Below, one piece after another: positions 53,356-64,000 of a stretch of DNA of 64,000 bases. This stretch comes from Conidiobolus incongruus B7586. Lineage: Eukaryota. The DNA is taken from contig JNEM01013675.1 of the NCBI GenBank assembly GCA_000697335.1, forward strand, positions 1 through 64,000, read 5' to 3'. The number at the start of each line of letters is the position of its first letter. Positions within the stretch are counted from its first letter, which is position 1. Below the pieces are notes generated by a model. That model was not told the DNA's origin and searched no databases. It saw only the letters and a program-made list of their open reading frames with translations. Both the position numbers and the translations under genes were made by a program.

Positions 53356-54919
53356 CTTATGTAAACAAACATCAATTCACCATATTTAGGATTTATATAT
53401 TATAATTTTATTCACTTTACCAACTAACCAAATTTCCACTTTAAACATATTTTATATATTATGTAACTTATTAATTAATTTTCTATCATAATTAGATACA
53501 CCAATTTTTTAATTGTTTATTTTTTAATAAAATATTTAAAAAATATTAACTATTGCTATTATATTAATTTAAACCAAAATAATTGGTAAAATAAAATATT
53601 AGATACATAAACTTTTAAATGCAATATTAAAATTATAATTATCATTTTTGATAAAATATTTAATGGAAAATTATAATATTAATTATACATTTATTTCATA
53701 ATATTTATTTTCATAACCGGGGATACTGAAATTTAAAATTTTTCGAATCACTGGTATAATAAAAATTATTCAATGTATATATTTGCATAGCGATAACTAT
53801 TTGATGCATTCATCATATCAATCTTTTTATTTATTCCAAATTTATCTAAAATAAACTCTCTACAACCTTCAGCTAAAACTTAGGAAGTATTACAACTAAA
53901 TGATACAACTCTAACAGATTCAAAACAAAGTTCAAACCACTCCCGGAATTATATTAAACTTGAGCCATTGTAAGATGATTACAATAGTACAAAGTTAATA
54001 ACTTGGTGACTATTACTATAATTGGGATATTAAAGTTTACGAAACTGAATAATAGTTATCAAATAGTTTTGGATTATTATCAAAGTTTTTACATTTGATG
54101 ATTTCATTTTTTGTTAGAAATTTTTAAAATTTTAAATATTCAATCTAATTGTTTGAAATAATAATTTAGATTGGTTAGTTATTCGATTGATTAATTTATA
54201 CTATAAATGACAATTAAAGTTTGGATAATTTCCTAATCTTCTAGTATTTTTTTATAATCAAAGTTGGTGTATTTGGGATTAAATAAAAATCTTGTCAACT
54301 ATAATACTATATTTAATGAGAATCTTTATTTAAACAATCTTAATTCATCAAATAACCTCTCATTTAATTGAAACTGCATTTATATCAAATCATCTAGACA
54401 TTATTGAATCACAAAATATGGTTGATATATTTCCCAAGTCACACAATTGCAATATAATGAAAGAAATTATGCTCAAAGTATAAAAATTACTTGGAGAAAA
54501 CGCTTTAGTTGAGTTGGATAGAATAAGGAGTTGATGAGAATATATTAATATGACAAACTCTTAGACCCTTAATAATTATAAGGAGTTAATGTTAATAAGA
54601 ATTGTAAAATTATATCGATATTGTAAATTATTTAAATCGAATTTATAGGATATGATTACATTTCAAGTGTATGTTTGTTAAAAGAATTGCTAGTAAATGT
54701 ATAATTATGATAATACTTTATGTAAATAATGATATTAGTTTTATCACGCTGTTAAATTATATACCAGCCTAACATTAAAAAATGTCAATTTCAACAACTT
54801 TTCAAAGCCTAAAAAATTGTGAAAGGAAAATTAATTTGGTGATTGATCTCGATTAAATGAAAAATAAAAATAATTTAAATTCACTATAAATTTATTTAAA
54901 TTCAAAATTGATTGTGCTG

Positions 54920-55857
54920 ATGAACTTTATTTTGAAAATGTCGAGTCATTTCTACTATTATTGTGCAAGCGGTCTATTCTCACTATTTAATTCTATTACG
55001 GCAAAGGTATTCCCTTGGACTTCGCATATTAAGGGTTATTATGGTGATTTTTATTAACACATAAAATTATGTTGAAATATTTATAAATTATTATAGGTAG
55101 TCTTGCTGAGGGCACCGAGCACTGGAAGAAAATGGACGGGAAACTCGGGTTTTTTATTATGGAAATTATCAGTCCTATCAATATTATTGGTATGCGAATT
55201 TTGGCGAGTTATTACGATCTCGTACTGCCGGAGTTGGTTCAGAACCAGAACGATTTGATGCTTTGTTTGTGGACTTTTCACTATGTGAATCGCTCCATAC
55301 TTTACCCTCTCAGAAGTTCTTCCAGAGCTCCTATTCCCTTTATGGTTGTGTTAGCAGCTACGGTGTTCAATACTTTTAATAGTTTTTGCAATGGATATGC
55401 TTTATTTTTCCTTGGCAATCAACAACCCACCAACAGTATCCAATACTATTTGGGAATTTTCTTGTTCGCTAACGGTTGGTTCGGTAACTTAATTCACGAT
55501 AATATTTTAATCAAATTGAGAGAAATTTGCGATACTATGAAATCAAAAAATCATTCCGAAGCAACCATTATAAAATATTATCCACATATTTCTAAAACTG
55601 ATTTCTACAAGAACGACCAAGGAAAAGTGTATATTATGCCAAAACAGTACTTGTTTAAATATGTCAGTGCTCCCCACTATCTGTGCGAAACTGTGGAATG
55701 GTTAGGATTCTTCATCGCTAAACCTTCTTTAGCTTCGTTTCTATTCTTTTTAAATACTTGGATCACCTTATCCGATAAGGCTAAATATTCTAATGAGTGG
55801 TATAAGAAGAAATTTAAGAATTATGATGCTAAAGCTATCATTCCTTTCCTTTATTAA
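54920..55857 (+). CDS. 3-oxo-5-alpha-steroid 4-dehydrogenase (SRD5A1/DET2-like), 2 exons
   Basis: Exon 1 starts at ATG 54920 or 54938 and ends KGYYG; intron 55044-55096. Motifs GFFIME, HYVNRSILYP, FNTFN, GNLIHDNILIKLR, LFKYVSAPHYLCETVEWLG and KAIIPF. Confidence 0.88.
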
Positions 55858-56292
55858 TAGCTTCTTAAATAGATAAATTATTATATTGATTAGAAATTTA
55901 TGTATTCAATATGATCAAAGAAAGAGGAATACTCACTCAGCAAATAATCTAGCACATTAATTTAATAGCTATCCTATCATTAAATAAACTTTATTAATTG
56001 ATTTATAATATTGATTCTCAAATATATATTATTTCCATTATAAAAATACATTCATTAAACTATTTATCGTCATTCAAGACAGAAGATCAGTAATCCCATA
56101 CTTAAAATTACATCATAATATGAAGCCAAATTCAATATAAAATTAATGAAATCCAAATAAATTGAAATTAACAAATAATAATCAATTTTAATCATCTAAA
56201 TTTCTATTTCAAATATAATTATTAGCAGCTACATACTTTAATATTATTTAATATCTTATTGATTAATTAAACATATTTACTTTTTATTAATA

Positions 56293-56712
56293 ATGGACGG
56301 ATTTTTAAAAGAGAAATCGGTATTTACTACGTCAGCCAGTTTAATCGATAGTTTGGATAAGAGAATGCTGGTTATGCTTAGAGACGGTAGAAAATTGTTA
56401 GGGGTTTTGAGAAGTTATGACCAATTCGCCAATTTAGTATTACAGGATACTATTGAAAGAGTATATATTGGTGACGCTTATGGTGATATTGTGAGAGGTG
56501 TTTATATTGTAAGAGGTGAAAATGTAGTTTTAATGGGTGAAATTGACGAAGATATTGAAGAAGATTTACCTTTGAGAAAAGTACCCATAGAAGAAATTCT
56601 TCATGTACAAAAAATTGACCATGATATTCGACTAAAATCTGAGAGAGCTAGAAATAAGGTTTTATTCAGTAAAGGTTTTAGTGTAGATTTTGAAAAAACT
56701 GATTTTTATTAA
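56293..56712 (+). CDS. LSM1: Sm-like protein Lsm1 (mRNA decapping activator)
   Basis: FTTSASL..LDKRMLVMLRDGRKLLGVLRSYDQFANLVLQDTIER...VRGENVVLMGEID. Confidence 0.95.
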   Translation: MDGFLKEKSVFTTSASLIDSLDKRMLVMLRDGRKLLGVLRSYDQFANLVLQDTIERVYIGDAYGDIVRGVYIVRGENVVLMGEIDEDIEEDLPLRKVPIEEILHVQKIDHDIRLKSERARNKVLFSKGFSVDFEKTDFY

Positions 56713-57136
56713 TATTAAAATTTATATTTAATTTATACTTGTATTCATCATATGATAATATATATTGTAATATTTTATATTTAATAAATCTAAATATTCA
56801 TAGCATATCTGCTTATCTATTTTGTAGTAAATGATATATTAACTTTATATATATGTGAAATATAATTGGCAAATTAAATTATTGAAAATTTTCATTTGAT
56901 AATATCTTCTTCAAAAAATAAATATTATAGGTCATTAAATATTATATATAGAAACAACCAATAAAATATAATATAAAAATGGAATCATAATATGATAAAA
57001 TTATTTTAATAAGGGTATAAGGGTGTAGAAATCGCAATTAATATAAATTGAATCAAATTTTAATTAAGAATTATTGTTTATCCCTAAATTCATTATATGT
57101 TAATAAAAGTTCATCAATTATGAAAAAGTAATGGAA

Positions 57137-58915
57137 TTACCAGCTATGCATCAAACAATTTTGGAGTGAAACTAAAGCATGATACTTAACATCGTGATTT
57201 TCATGAGTCATTAATTCCATAATACGTCTTTTGCCTCCTAACTCTTCAACTAATCTAAATATAAAAACACATTAATATATATTGAATTATATATATGATT
57301 AATATTCAATTACGATTTTCCTTTGGGACTATACTTAACATACTCACCAATATCATGGGCGGCAATTGATAAATATACGGGGTCGTTGGAAGTATTCAAA
57401 ATATTGATTAAAATACTAAATTAAAGGAAATTAGTTATAAATTCTGAAGCATCCAAACATATTATTATACTTGAGTAATTCATTGTTATCATCTTCCAAT
57501 TTGGTAGCATTTTCCTTCCAGAAGTGAGGAGAATCATGAGGAGGAGACCATTCTAAAATTCCCGATTCTAATTCAGCTCGGTATTCATCCCAAGTAGTCA
57601 AGTCTTGGCAAGCAGCTTCTAAGTGTTCTTTCAAGTATCCTAAATCTTCGACAATTTCTTCGTCTGTCCACTTTCTTTGACTTAAAGTTTCACTCAACTG
57701 GTGTACTTTGAAATTCAATAAATATTGGACGTTGACTTCAGGGGATCTTTCTAATAAGTTCTAAATTGTATGATACAACTTAATAAGTTTGGTTATGAAT
57801 AGGTCATCAAAAATCAAACTACCTTAAATGTACCAACAATAACTCTAACAATCTTTTCCTTAACAGTACTCTTTGCAATATTAGATAAAATTGGAAGAAT
57901 ATTATATTTAAATTGAATTTCTTGAGCAATTTTTGTTTGGAAACTCAAAATCCAAAAGCAGAATAAAATTTGGTACTGAATTTGAGGATTTAATTGATCG
58001 GCTTTAAGTAGATTGATGAGTCCTGAAATTCCTTGAGAATGATTGTAAAATTCATAGCGATAAGTCACATTCTTTAAGAGAGATTGTAAAATTTGTACAG
58101 TAATATCAGCAACATTGGGAGTTTTGCTGGAGAGTTGCTGAATTAAGCTATCTAAAAAGGGTTGTAATTCAGCCGAATAGTCTTCTTCACTGGTACTACA
58201 AAAATCAAATTTATTTAATAAAGAGAAAAAGAACTATAATATTTTAATACTTACGAGATTAAAGCAGTCAAAATTTTTTCAGCTTTGAGAGCTAAGAAAT
58301 CGTCATCTTTATGTAAGCACCTAAAATAATCTTAGTTAATAAAAATACCAAAATATAATAATAACCAAATACTTCAAGAAAGGTTCGATTGGGTAATCAC
58401 TACGAGTATTTTTTAAATTGTGTATAATTTGAATGTTTTGAGGGTTAGCTAAATGATCGATATAAAATGTTATTACAGAATTAGAATTATATTTGATAAT
58501 TTTTACCATCTAAAATATCATCAATCAAAACCAAAATATACTGTAAAGTATCCACTCGAACCAACTTATTTAATAAATCTAACAATAATAATAAATAAGA
58601 TTCGGAAACCTAATGATTAAAAAAGTTATTATGATTAATTATCTTTCTTCAATGTTTAACTTACTGGTTCTGGCGCTTTAGCATTATTGGATTGACTGGG
58701 ACTGTAATTAGATTCGAAGGTTTTCAATAATTCTAACTCGGATTCAGTAATTAGAGAAGCTTTTTGATAGCCCTAAAGGGATGCATTTAATATATTTTAA
58801 TAAGTATAAAATGAATTTTTATTACCTCCCAAGACATGGGACGTTCTCTAATGTTCAAAGTTAACTCATCAAAAAAAGGATTAACAACGTAAGCTAAAGG
58901 AACACTCATAGTCAT
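57137..58915 (-). CDS. VMA13: V-type ATPase V1 subunit H, multi-exon
   Basis: IRERPMSWEGYQKASLIT; QIQYQILFCFWILSF; KEKIVRV; LEWSPPHDSPHFWKENA; IAAHDIGEYV; GGKRRIMELMTHENHDVKYHAL. Confidence 0.95.
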
Positions 58916-59429
58916 TCAAATTTATTCAAGTGGAAGAAGATAAAATGATAGAAATATTAACTAGTGGTACTGCTATATCAATTAATTGGATTCAACAAAA
59001 TGAATAAGAGAAATAAATAAATTGTCTGACGCAAAATTCTTTATATTTTATTAAATGTGACAACATTTTTTATTCATTTATAATTTTTAAAAATTAAATT
59101 TGGTTATTCATAATTTAATGAATCTTTGATGGATTCTTTAATTAATTGATGTAATATTTTTATTCTACGCAAATAGTGTGATAATTGTAATAAAATTTTT
59201 ATAATTTTATATTTTATTTTATTAATAATTGTATAAAAATTCCGAAAAACATATAGTAATTAGAATTTAATGGTCAATTTATTATGCGATAACGAAGAAA
59301 ATAATTAAAATTCTTAACCGAGCTAAAAAATATATTAATCATAAAAATATTGAGGAGACGAATTCATAACTATTTATAAAAATTATTCTAATTCCTTAAT
59401 TATTCCAATAAATAAATAGTTGGGGCATA

Positions 59430-60635
59430 TTATTTGTTGATATAATCTTCGAAATATGGATCTGTAATTTATGTTAATATAGTAAATTAATTGTATGATA
59501 TTAAATGAAACTTACGTAAAAGAGCTTGTTCAGCGCTGATTCTTCTATCTGGACGATATTCGATCATTTTAGTGAGTAAATCAATGCCCATAACATCTAA
59601 TTTGGGAATCAAAGTAGCTAAATTCACAGGTGGGTAATGAGGCATAGGCTGAAAATCTGGTAAATCGACAATTTCAGGCCAGGTAGTGGGTGTAGGAGTC
59701 CCCAAAATCTTATATATTCTATGAAGCTGATCTTTTACGGAAGTGCCTGGGAATAGTGGCCTTCCTGTGGCCATCTCAGCAAAAATACACCCAGCTGACC
59801 AAATATCGATGGAGGTTGAATAATGGCGGGATCCCATCAATACATCGGGTGCTCTGTACCATAGAGTGACTACTTCGTGGCTGTAACTTCTGACGGGGAT
59901 ACCAAATGCTCTAGCTAATCCAAAATCTCCCAGTTTCAACTCTCCTTTCTTATTAATTAGCAAATTTTGAGGCTTTAAATCCTAATAAGAATATACTGAT
60001 TAGCATAATTCAAAACCATATTAAATATAACTAAAATTACTCTATGTAAGACCCTATTCTTATGACAGAAGTTAATTCCTTTTAATAATTGGAACATTAA
60101 CATTTTGATAGTATTAGGGTCCAAATCGCCGTTATATGCATCTAAGAATTTTTTCAAATCTGAATCCATATATTCAAAGACCAGTATTAATTTTTTATCA
60201 GTATGTAATACATCGTATAAGCTATATATAGAATATTGTTATTATATTGTAATTTAAACATAATTAGAGTTAAAATTACCAGACGATGTGTGGGTTTTTT
60301 AATTCTTTTAACAATGCAATTTCTCTAATAGCGGTACAGGGTACCTAATATTATTAATTTACAAGCAATCAAAATGAAATCATATATGTTACTTACACCT
60401 TCTTCTTCATTATCCAAACGGATTCTCTTTAAAGCGACAACTTGACCATTTTCCCTATTTTGAGCTTTATACACTATACCATATGTACCTAAATATTTCT
60501 AATTAGCAAAAAATATTTTATATATTGATAACAACATACCTTCACCAAGTTTTTCTATTTTCTAACAATAATAAATACTATTATTACTAATATTAATAAA
60601 TATTTTGGTACTTCATATACCTGATACTTTTCCAT
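59430..60635 (-). CDS. Cyclin-dependent kinase of the CDK5/Pho85 group with a PCTAIRE helix, 7 exons
   Basis: Spliced: [21 protein letters not shown]...[13 protein letters not shown]...HRDLKPQN...[30 protein letters not shown]...HPYF. Confidence 0.9.
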
Positions 60636-61169
60636 AATGAAAAAAATAAAAACAGTTTAAAAAAATAAAAACAATAATCCAAATCGGTTAAGTTTAAGTA
60701 TTAAAACAATCAGGTTGTAGGAATAAATTTAAATTTACGTAAAATTTGATTGATCAACAAAACTTTAGATTTTTATTGTTACTTAAATGTTATGAAACAA
60801 CAGAATTTGTACTTTTTATTTATATGAGTAGGTAATACATTTCAAAAATTTTGATTATTTATTTAATTAAATTATTAATTTAATGGATTTATTGAAATAA
60901 AATTGGATCGAAATTTCTACTAGATTAAATATAGTAATAATGAAACTATATTATTAAATTATATCATTTGTTTAATCTGTGTATTAATAATAAAATATAT
61001 TGCCTATATAATTACAATTCAACATTTAATTAAAATAATAGAAAATGGATTTATTTTGATCAACCAATCCCATAAAACTCTATTACATTAATCATTTATA
61101 AAATACTTAAAACCGGGATTTATTAAAGAATAATATTCATAAAGTTTAACAAATAATATAAATTATAAT

Positions 61170-63008
61170 ATGGATTTATCAGATTTTTTACCTAAAAAAT
61201 TCAAAACTAACACCGATTCAAAAGATAAAAATGAAGAAAAGTTTAAAACAAAAACAATTAAAGAAACTGTTGATTTAAATGCTTTCTTCCCGACCGAGTT
61301 TGGTACAACTAAGCCTGAGAAAAATTATTATAAAAAGCAAAAAGATACGCATTCACAAGTTAATACTTACAGTCAGAAGGATTTAGAGGACAGAACTGCT
61401 AATAATAATAATATTCCGAAAGAAAATGAGAAAACGGAATTCCATTCTAATAATAATGAAGACAAGTCACCCATACATACCATTCAACCAGCCCAAAAGG
61501 AAGATGACTCTAACGTTGGTAATGATTACGAATCATCAGAAGAAGACTACAATCCTCTAGAGGATTTTGAACCCTTACCAATCACGCATACCGCCAAATT
61601 TTCGAGTGGGAATAAAGCAATTTCAGCCATTTCTATAGATCCCTCAGGCTCGAGAATGATAGTAGGGGATTATGCCTACGATATGAAATTTTATGACTTT
61701 AATGGTATGGATCAAAATATGAGACCTTTTAAAAGCATTGAACCTTCAGAAGGAAATCGCATTAAGGATTTGAAATTTTCACTTTCTGGTGGTCAAATTT
61801 TACTTGCTCCAGGAAATTCACAAGCTAAATTGTTCGATAGAGATGGGAATGAAATTGAGCAATGTGTTAAAGGAGATATGTATCTTAGGGACTTGAAACT
61901 TACCAATGGTCATACGGGAGAACTAACATGCTGTCAATGGCATCCGACTGACCATTACACTTATTTAACGGCATCAGAAGATGGTACAGTTAGAATTTGG
62001 GAAGTAGGATCTCCAAGAAAGCAAAAGAATATAATTATTATTCGATCTGGGCCAAGAGCTCAGCGTACAGCTGTGACTACTGCTGCATTTTCTCAAGATG
62101 GAAAATACATCGCTGCTGCTTCCAGAGATGGTAGTCTCGCACTTTGGCCTAGTAAAGGCTCCTTCACTTCCCCTTCTCATAAATTAGCAACCGCCCATCA
62201 GCCGAATACAGATACAAGTCATATCCTCTTTTCTCAAATGGAATACAACTTATATACTCGTGGAGGCGATGGTACTGTCAAGCTTTGGGATATTAGAAAT
62301 TTTAAATCATCTGTCCTGTCAGTATCTAATCTTCCTAGTAATTATAATGAAACTAATCTAGCCTTCAGTCCCGATGAGAAACTCATTATCACTGGTACTT
62401 CTGGATTAAAGAGTGGTGATTCAGGACGCCTCAACTTCCTTGACAAGACATCTCTAGAAATTGTCAAATCATATGAAGTGGGTTCAAGCAGCGTAATCAA
62501 GAGTTACTGGCATCCTACTCTAAATCAAATTGTTACGGGAAGTGGCGATGGATCCCTCGATATCTATTATGATCCTGTTCACAGTAAGAAAGGAGCTTTG
62601 CTTTGTGCCAATCGTAAACCTCGTAAAGTTCAAGTTGATGAAATATCTTACGATCCCTATATCATCACTCCAGACGATGACAAGGAAATCGTGGAACTTC
62701 CCAAGAAAGGAAAGACTAAGAAGAGAAGCGATCCCGTTGCATCCCATCGTCCAGATTTGCCTATCAATGGCCCTGGTCATTCAGGTCGTGTGGGCACTAA
62801 TTATACCAACTTCATGATGAAGCATTTGATCAAGGATACAACCCGATTTGAAGATCCTAGAGAAGCAATTCTTAGACATGCCAAGGCCGCTGAGGAAGAT
62901 CCATACTGGGTTGCTCCTGCATATCAACAAACTCAACCTAAGCCTGTATTTAATGAAAATGAAGAAGAACAGGAAGAAGAGAAAAAACCTGTAGTTAGAT
63001 CCAAATAA
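61170..63008 (+). CDS. WDR70: WD40 protein WDR70/GAD-1
   Basis: FFPTEFG; FYDFNGMD; KGDMYLRDLKLTNGH; several WD repeats; C-terminal DPVASHRPDLP...DPREAILRHA...PYWVAPAY..TQP. Confidence 0.92.
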   Translation: MDLSDFLPKKFKTNTDSKDKNEEKFKTKTIKETVDLNAFFPTEFGTTKPEKNYYKKQKDTHSQVNTYSQKDLEDRTANNNNIPKENEKTEFHSNNNEDKSPIHTIQPAQKEDDSNVGNDYESSEEDYNPLEDFEPLPITHTAKFSSGNKAISAISIDPSGSRMIVGDYAYDMKFYDFNGMDQNMRPFKSIEPSEGNRIKDLKFSLSGGQILLAPGNSQAKLFDRDGNEIEQCVKGDMYLRDLKLTNGHTGELTCCQWHPTDHYTYLTASEDGTVRIWEVGSPRKQKNIIIIRSGPRAQRTAVTTAAFSQDGKYIAAASRDGSLALWPSKGSFTSPSHKLATAHQPNTDTSHILFSQMEYNLYTRGGDGTVKLWDIRNFKSSVLSVSNLPSNYNETNLAFSPDEKLIITGTSGLKSGDSGRLNFLDKTSLEIVKSYEVGSSSVIKSYWHPTLNQIVTGSGDGSLDIYYDPVHSKKGALLCANRKPRKVQVDEISYDPYIITPDDDKEIVELPKKGKTKKRSDPVASHRPDLPINGPGHSGRVGTNYTNFMMKHLIKDTTRFEDPREAILRHAKAAEEDPYWVAPAYQQTQPKPVFNENEEEQEEEKKPVVRSK

Positions 63009-64000
63009 TTTTGTAATATTCAATTTTGCTAAGTATAATATAGCCAACTCACATTTCATTTTAATCATTTGTTAGTAATATCAATGTCTTATTCTTTAAT
63101 TTATTAAATTTCATTGTTATATTTCCTATCTATTACAATATCCTTTATTAATAGATTTTAATATTGTTGATCTGTTTGAATTAAAATTTGTTATAAACTA
63201 TTTTTGTTCAATAAATAGGTCTAACTCTTAATTGATTAATGGTTAAGTTAATAGTATATTTAAATGATCCATTAAATATTTTATATTATTGTTAAATGAT
63301 AATTTTTTTACAATATGCTTGTATTGAACATATTTAGATTAGTTAAATATATTATATTCTTCATCAAGGAGATTGGTAGTTGAATACTGATATTCGAATA
63401 GTTTTTATAATGGATATAATACTATCGACATTAACATTTGTTCAGTCTTATAATTAGTTTTAATTTATAATGAATTATTTTATTTTTGTTTGATGTAAAA
63501 GCTATTGAAAAATTATAATATTGATAGAATATTAAACTATATAACCTTATGATAATTTTAATACAACCATTTTTTGAAAAATGGTATAATTGTTGATTTT
63601 ATTAATCGCTGATAATATATTTAGTGTATTTTATGTATTATTTATAAAACTTAAACAATAAATAGAAATTCAACATATTAATTTACTATACTTATCAAAA
63701 AAATCATATTGAACTAAATATACATGAAAAGATAAATTTTAAAATTATTAATCTTAATGACAGTTGAATGTCCTAATAAACAATTAGAAAAGTGAAATAT
63801 CTTTAATAAAACCCAAGCTGTTGATTAATTGTAAATATAATATATTTCTGAAACAAAATAATTTTACAATTTGATAATCAATTTCAGCTTTAAATATTGA
63901 CTCATTCAAAGTGAATGATTAAGTAATTGATATATACATGTCAAAGGTGATTTAAGAATCAATTTATCACTTTATCATTTTATATTCACAAGATATAAGC

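Noticed and set aside
59125..59136. TCCCA promoter motif upstream of VMA13
   Set aside because: The sequence is gatggatt with only two G, so it was not counted.
1..64000. CRISPR arrays, tRNA, rRNA or intact transposons
   Set aside because: No regularly spaced repeats, cloverleafs, rRNA signatures or intact transposase/RT ORFs seen.

Overview
Very AT-rich eukaryotic nuclear DNA with short GT-AG introns (about 45-70 nt). The gene content points to an early-diverging fungus, probably Entomophthorales/Zoopagomycota (inference). The left half is gene-sparse. It holds a tandem pair of 2-TM PPxY proteins, a tandem pair of VMS1/ANKZF1 genes, a decayed 7-TM receptor-like relic, an intron-split ITPK1-type inositol kinase missed by the ORF track, and two divergent Ecl1-family genes. 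The right half is a housekeeping cluster: a Dnf3-like P4-ATPase, PRP31, RAM2, an Integrator subunit 5-like gene, a DH-PH protein, a steroid 5-alpha-reductase, LSM1, VMA13, a CDK5-like kinase and WDR70. The most interesting items are (1) a ~0.9 kb non-coding island with many helices just downstream of ITPK1 that carries a CUAACCCU telomere-template-like sequence (telomerase RNA candidate, unproven), (2) a fungal INTS5 homologue, (3) a strand-oriented A[AG]TCCCA promoter motif shared by seven genes, and (4) a decayed repeat family with inverted copies bracketing the flippase. All homology calls come from recognising motifs by eye. No searches were run.
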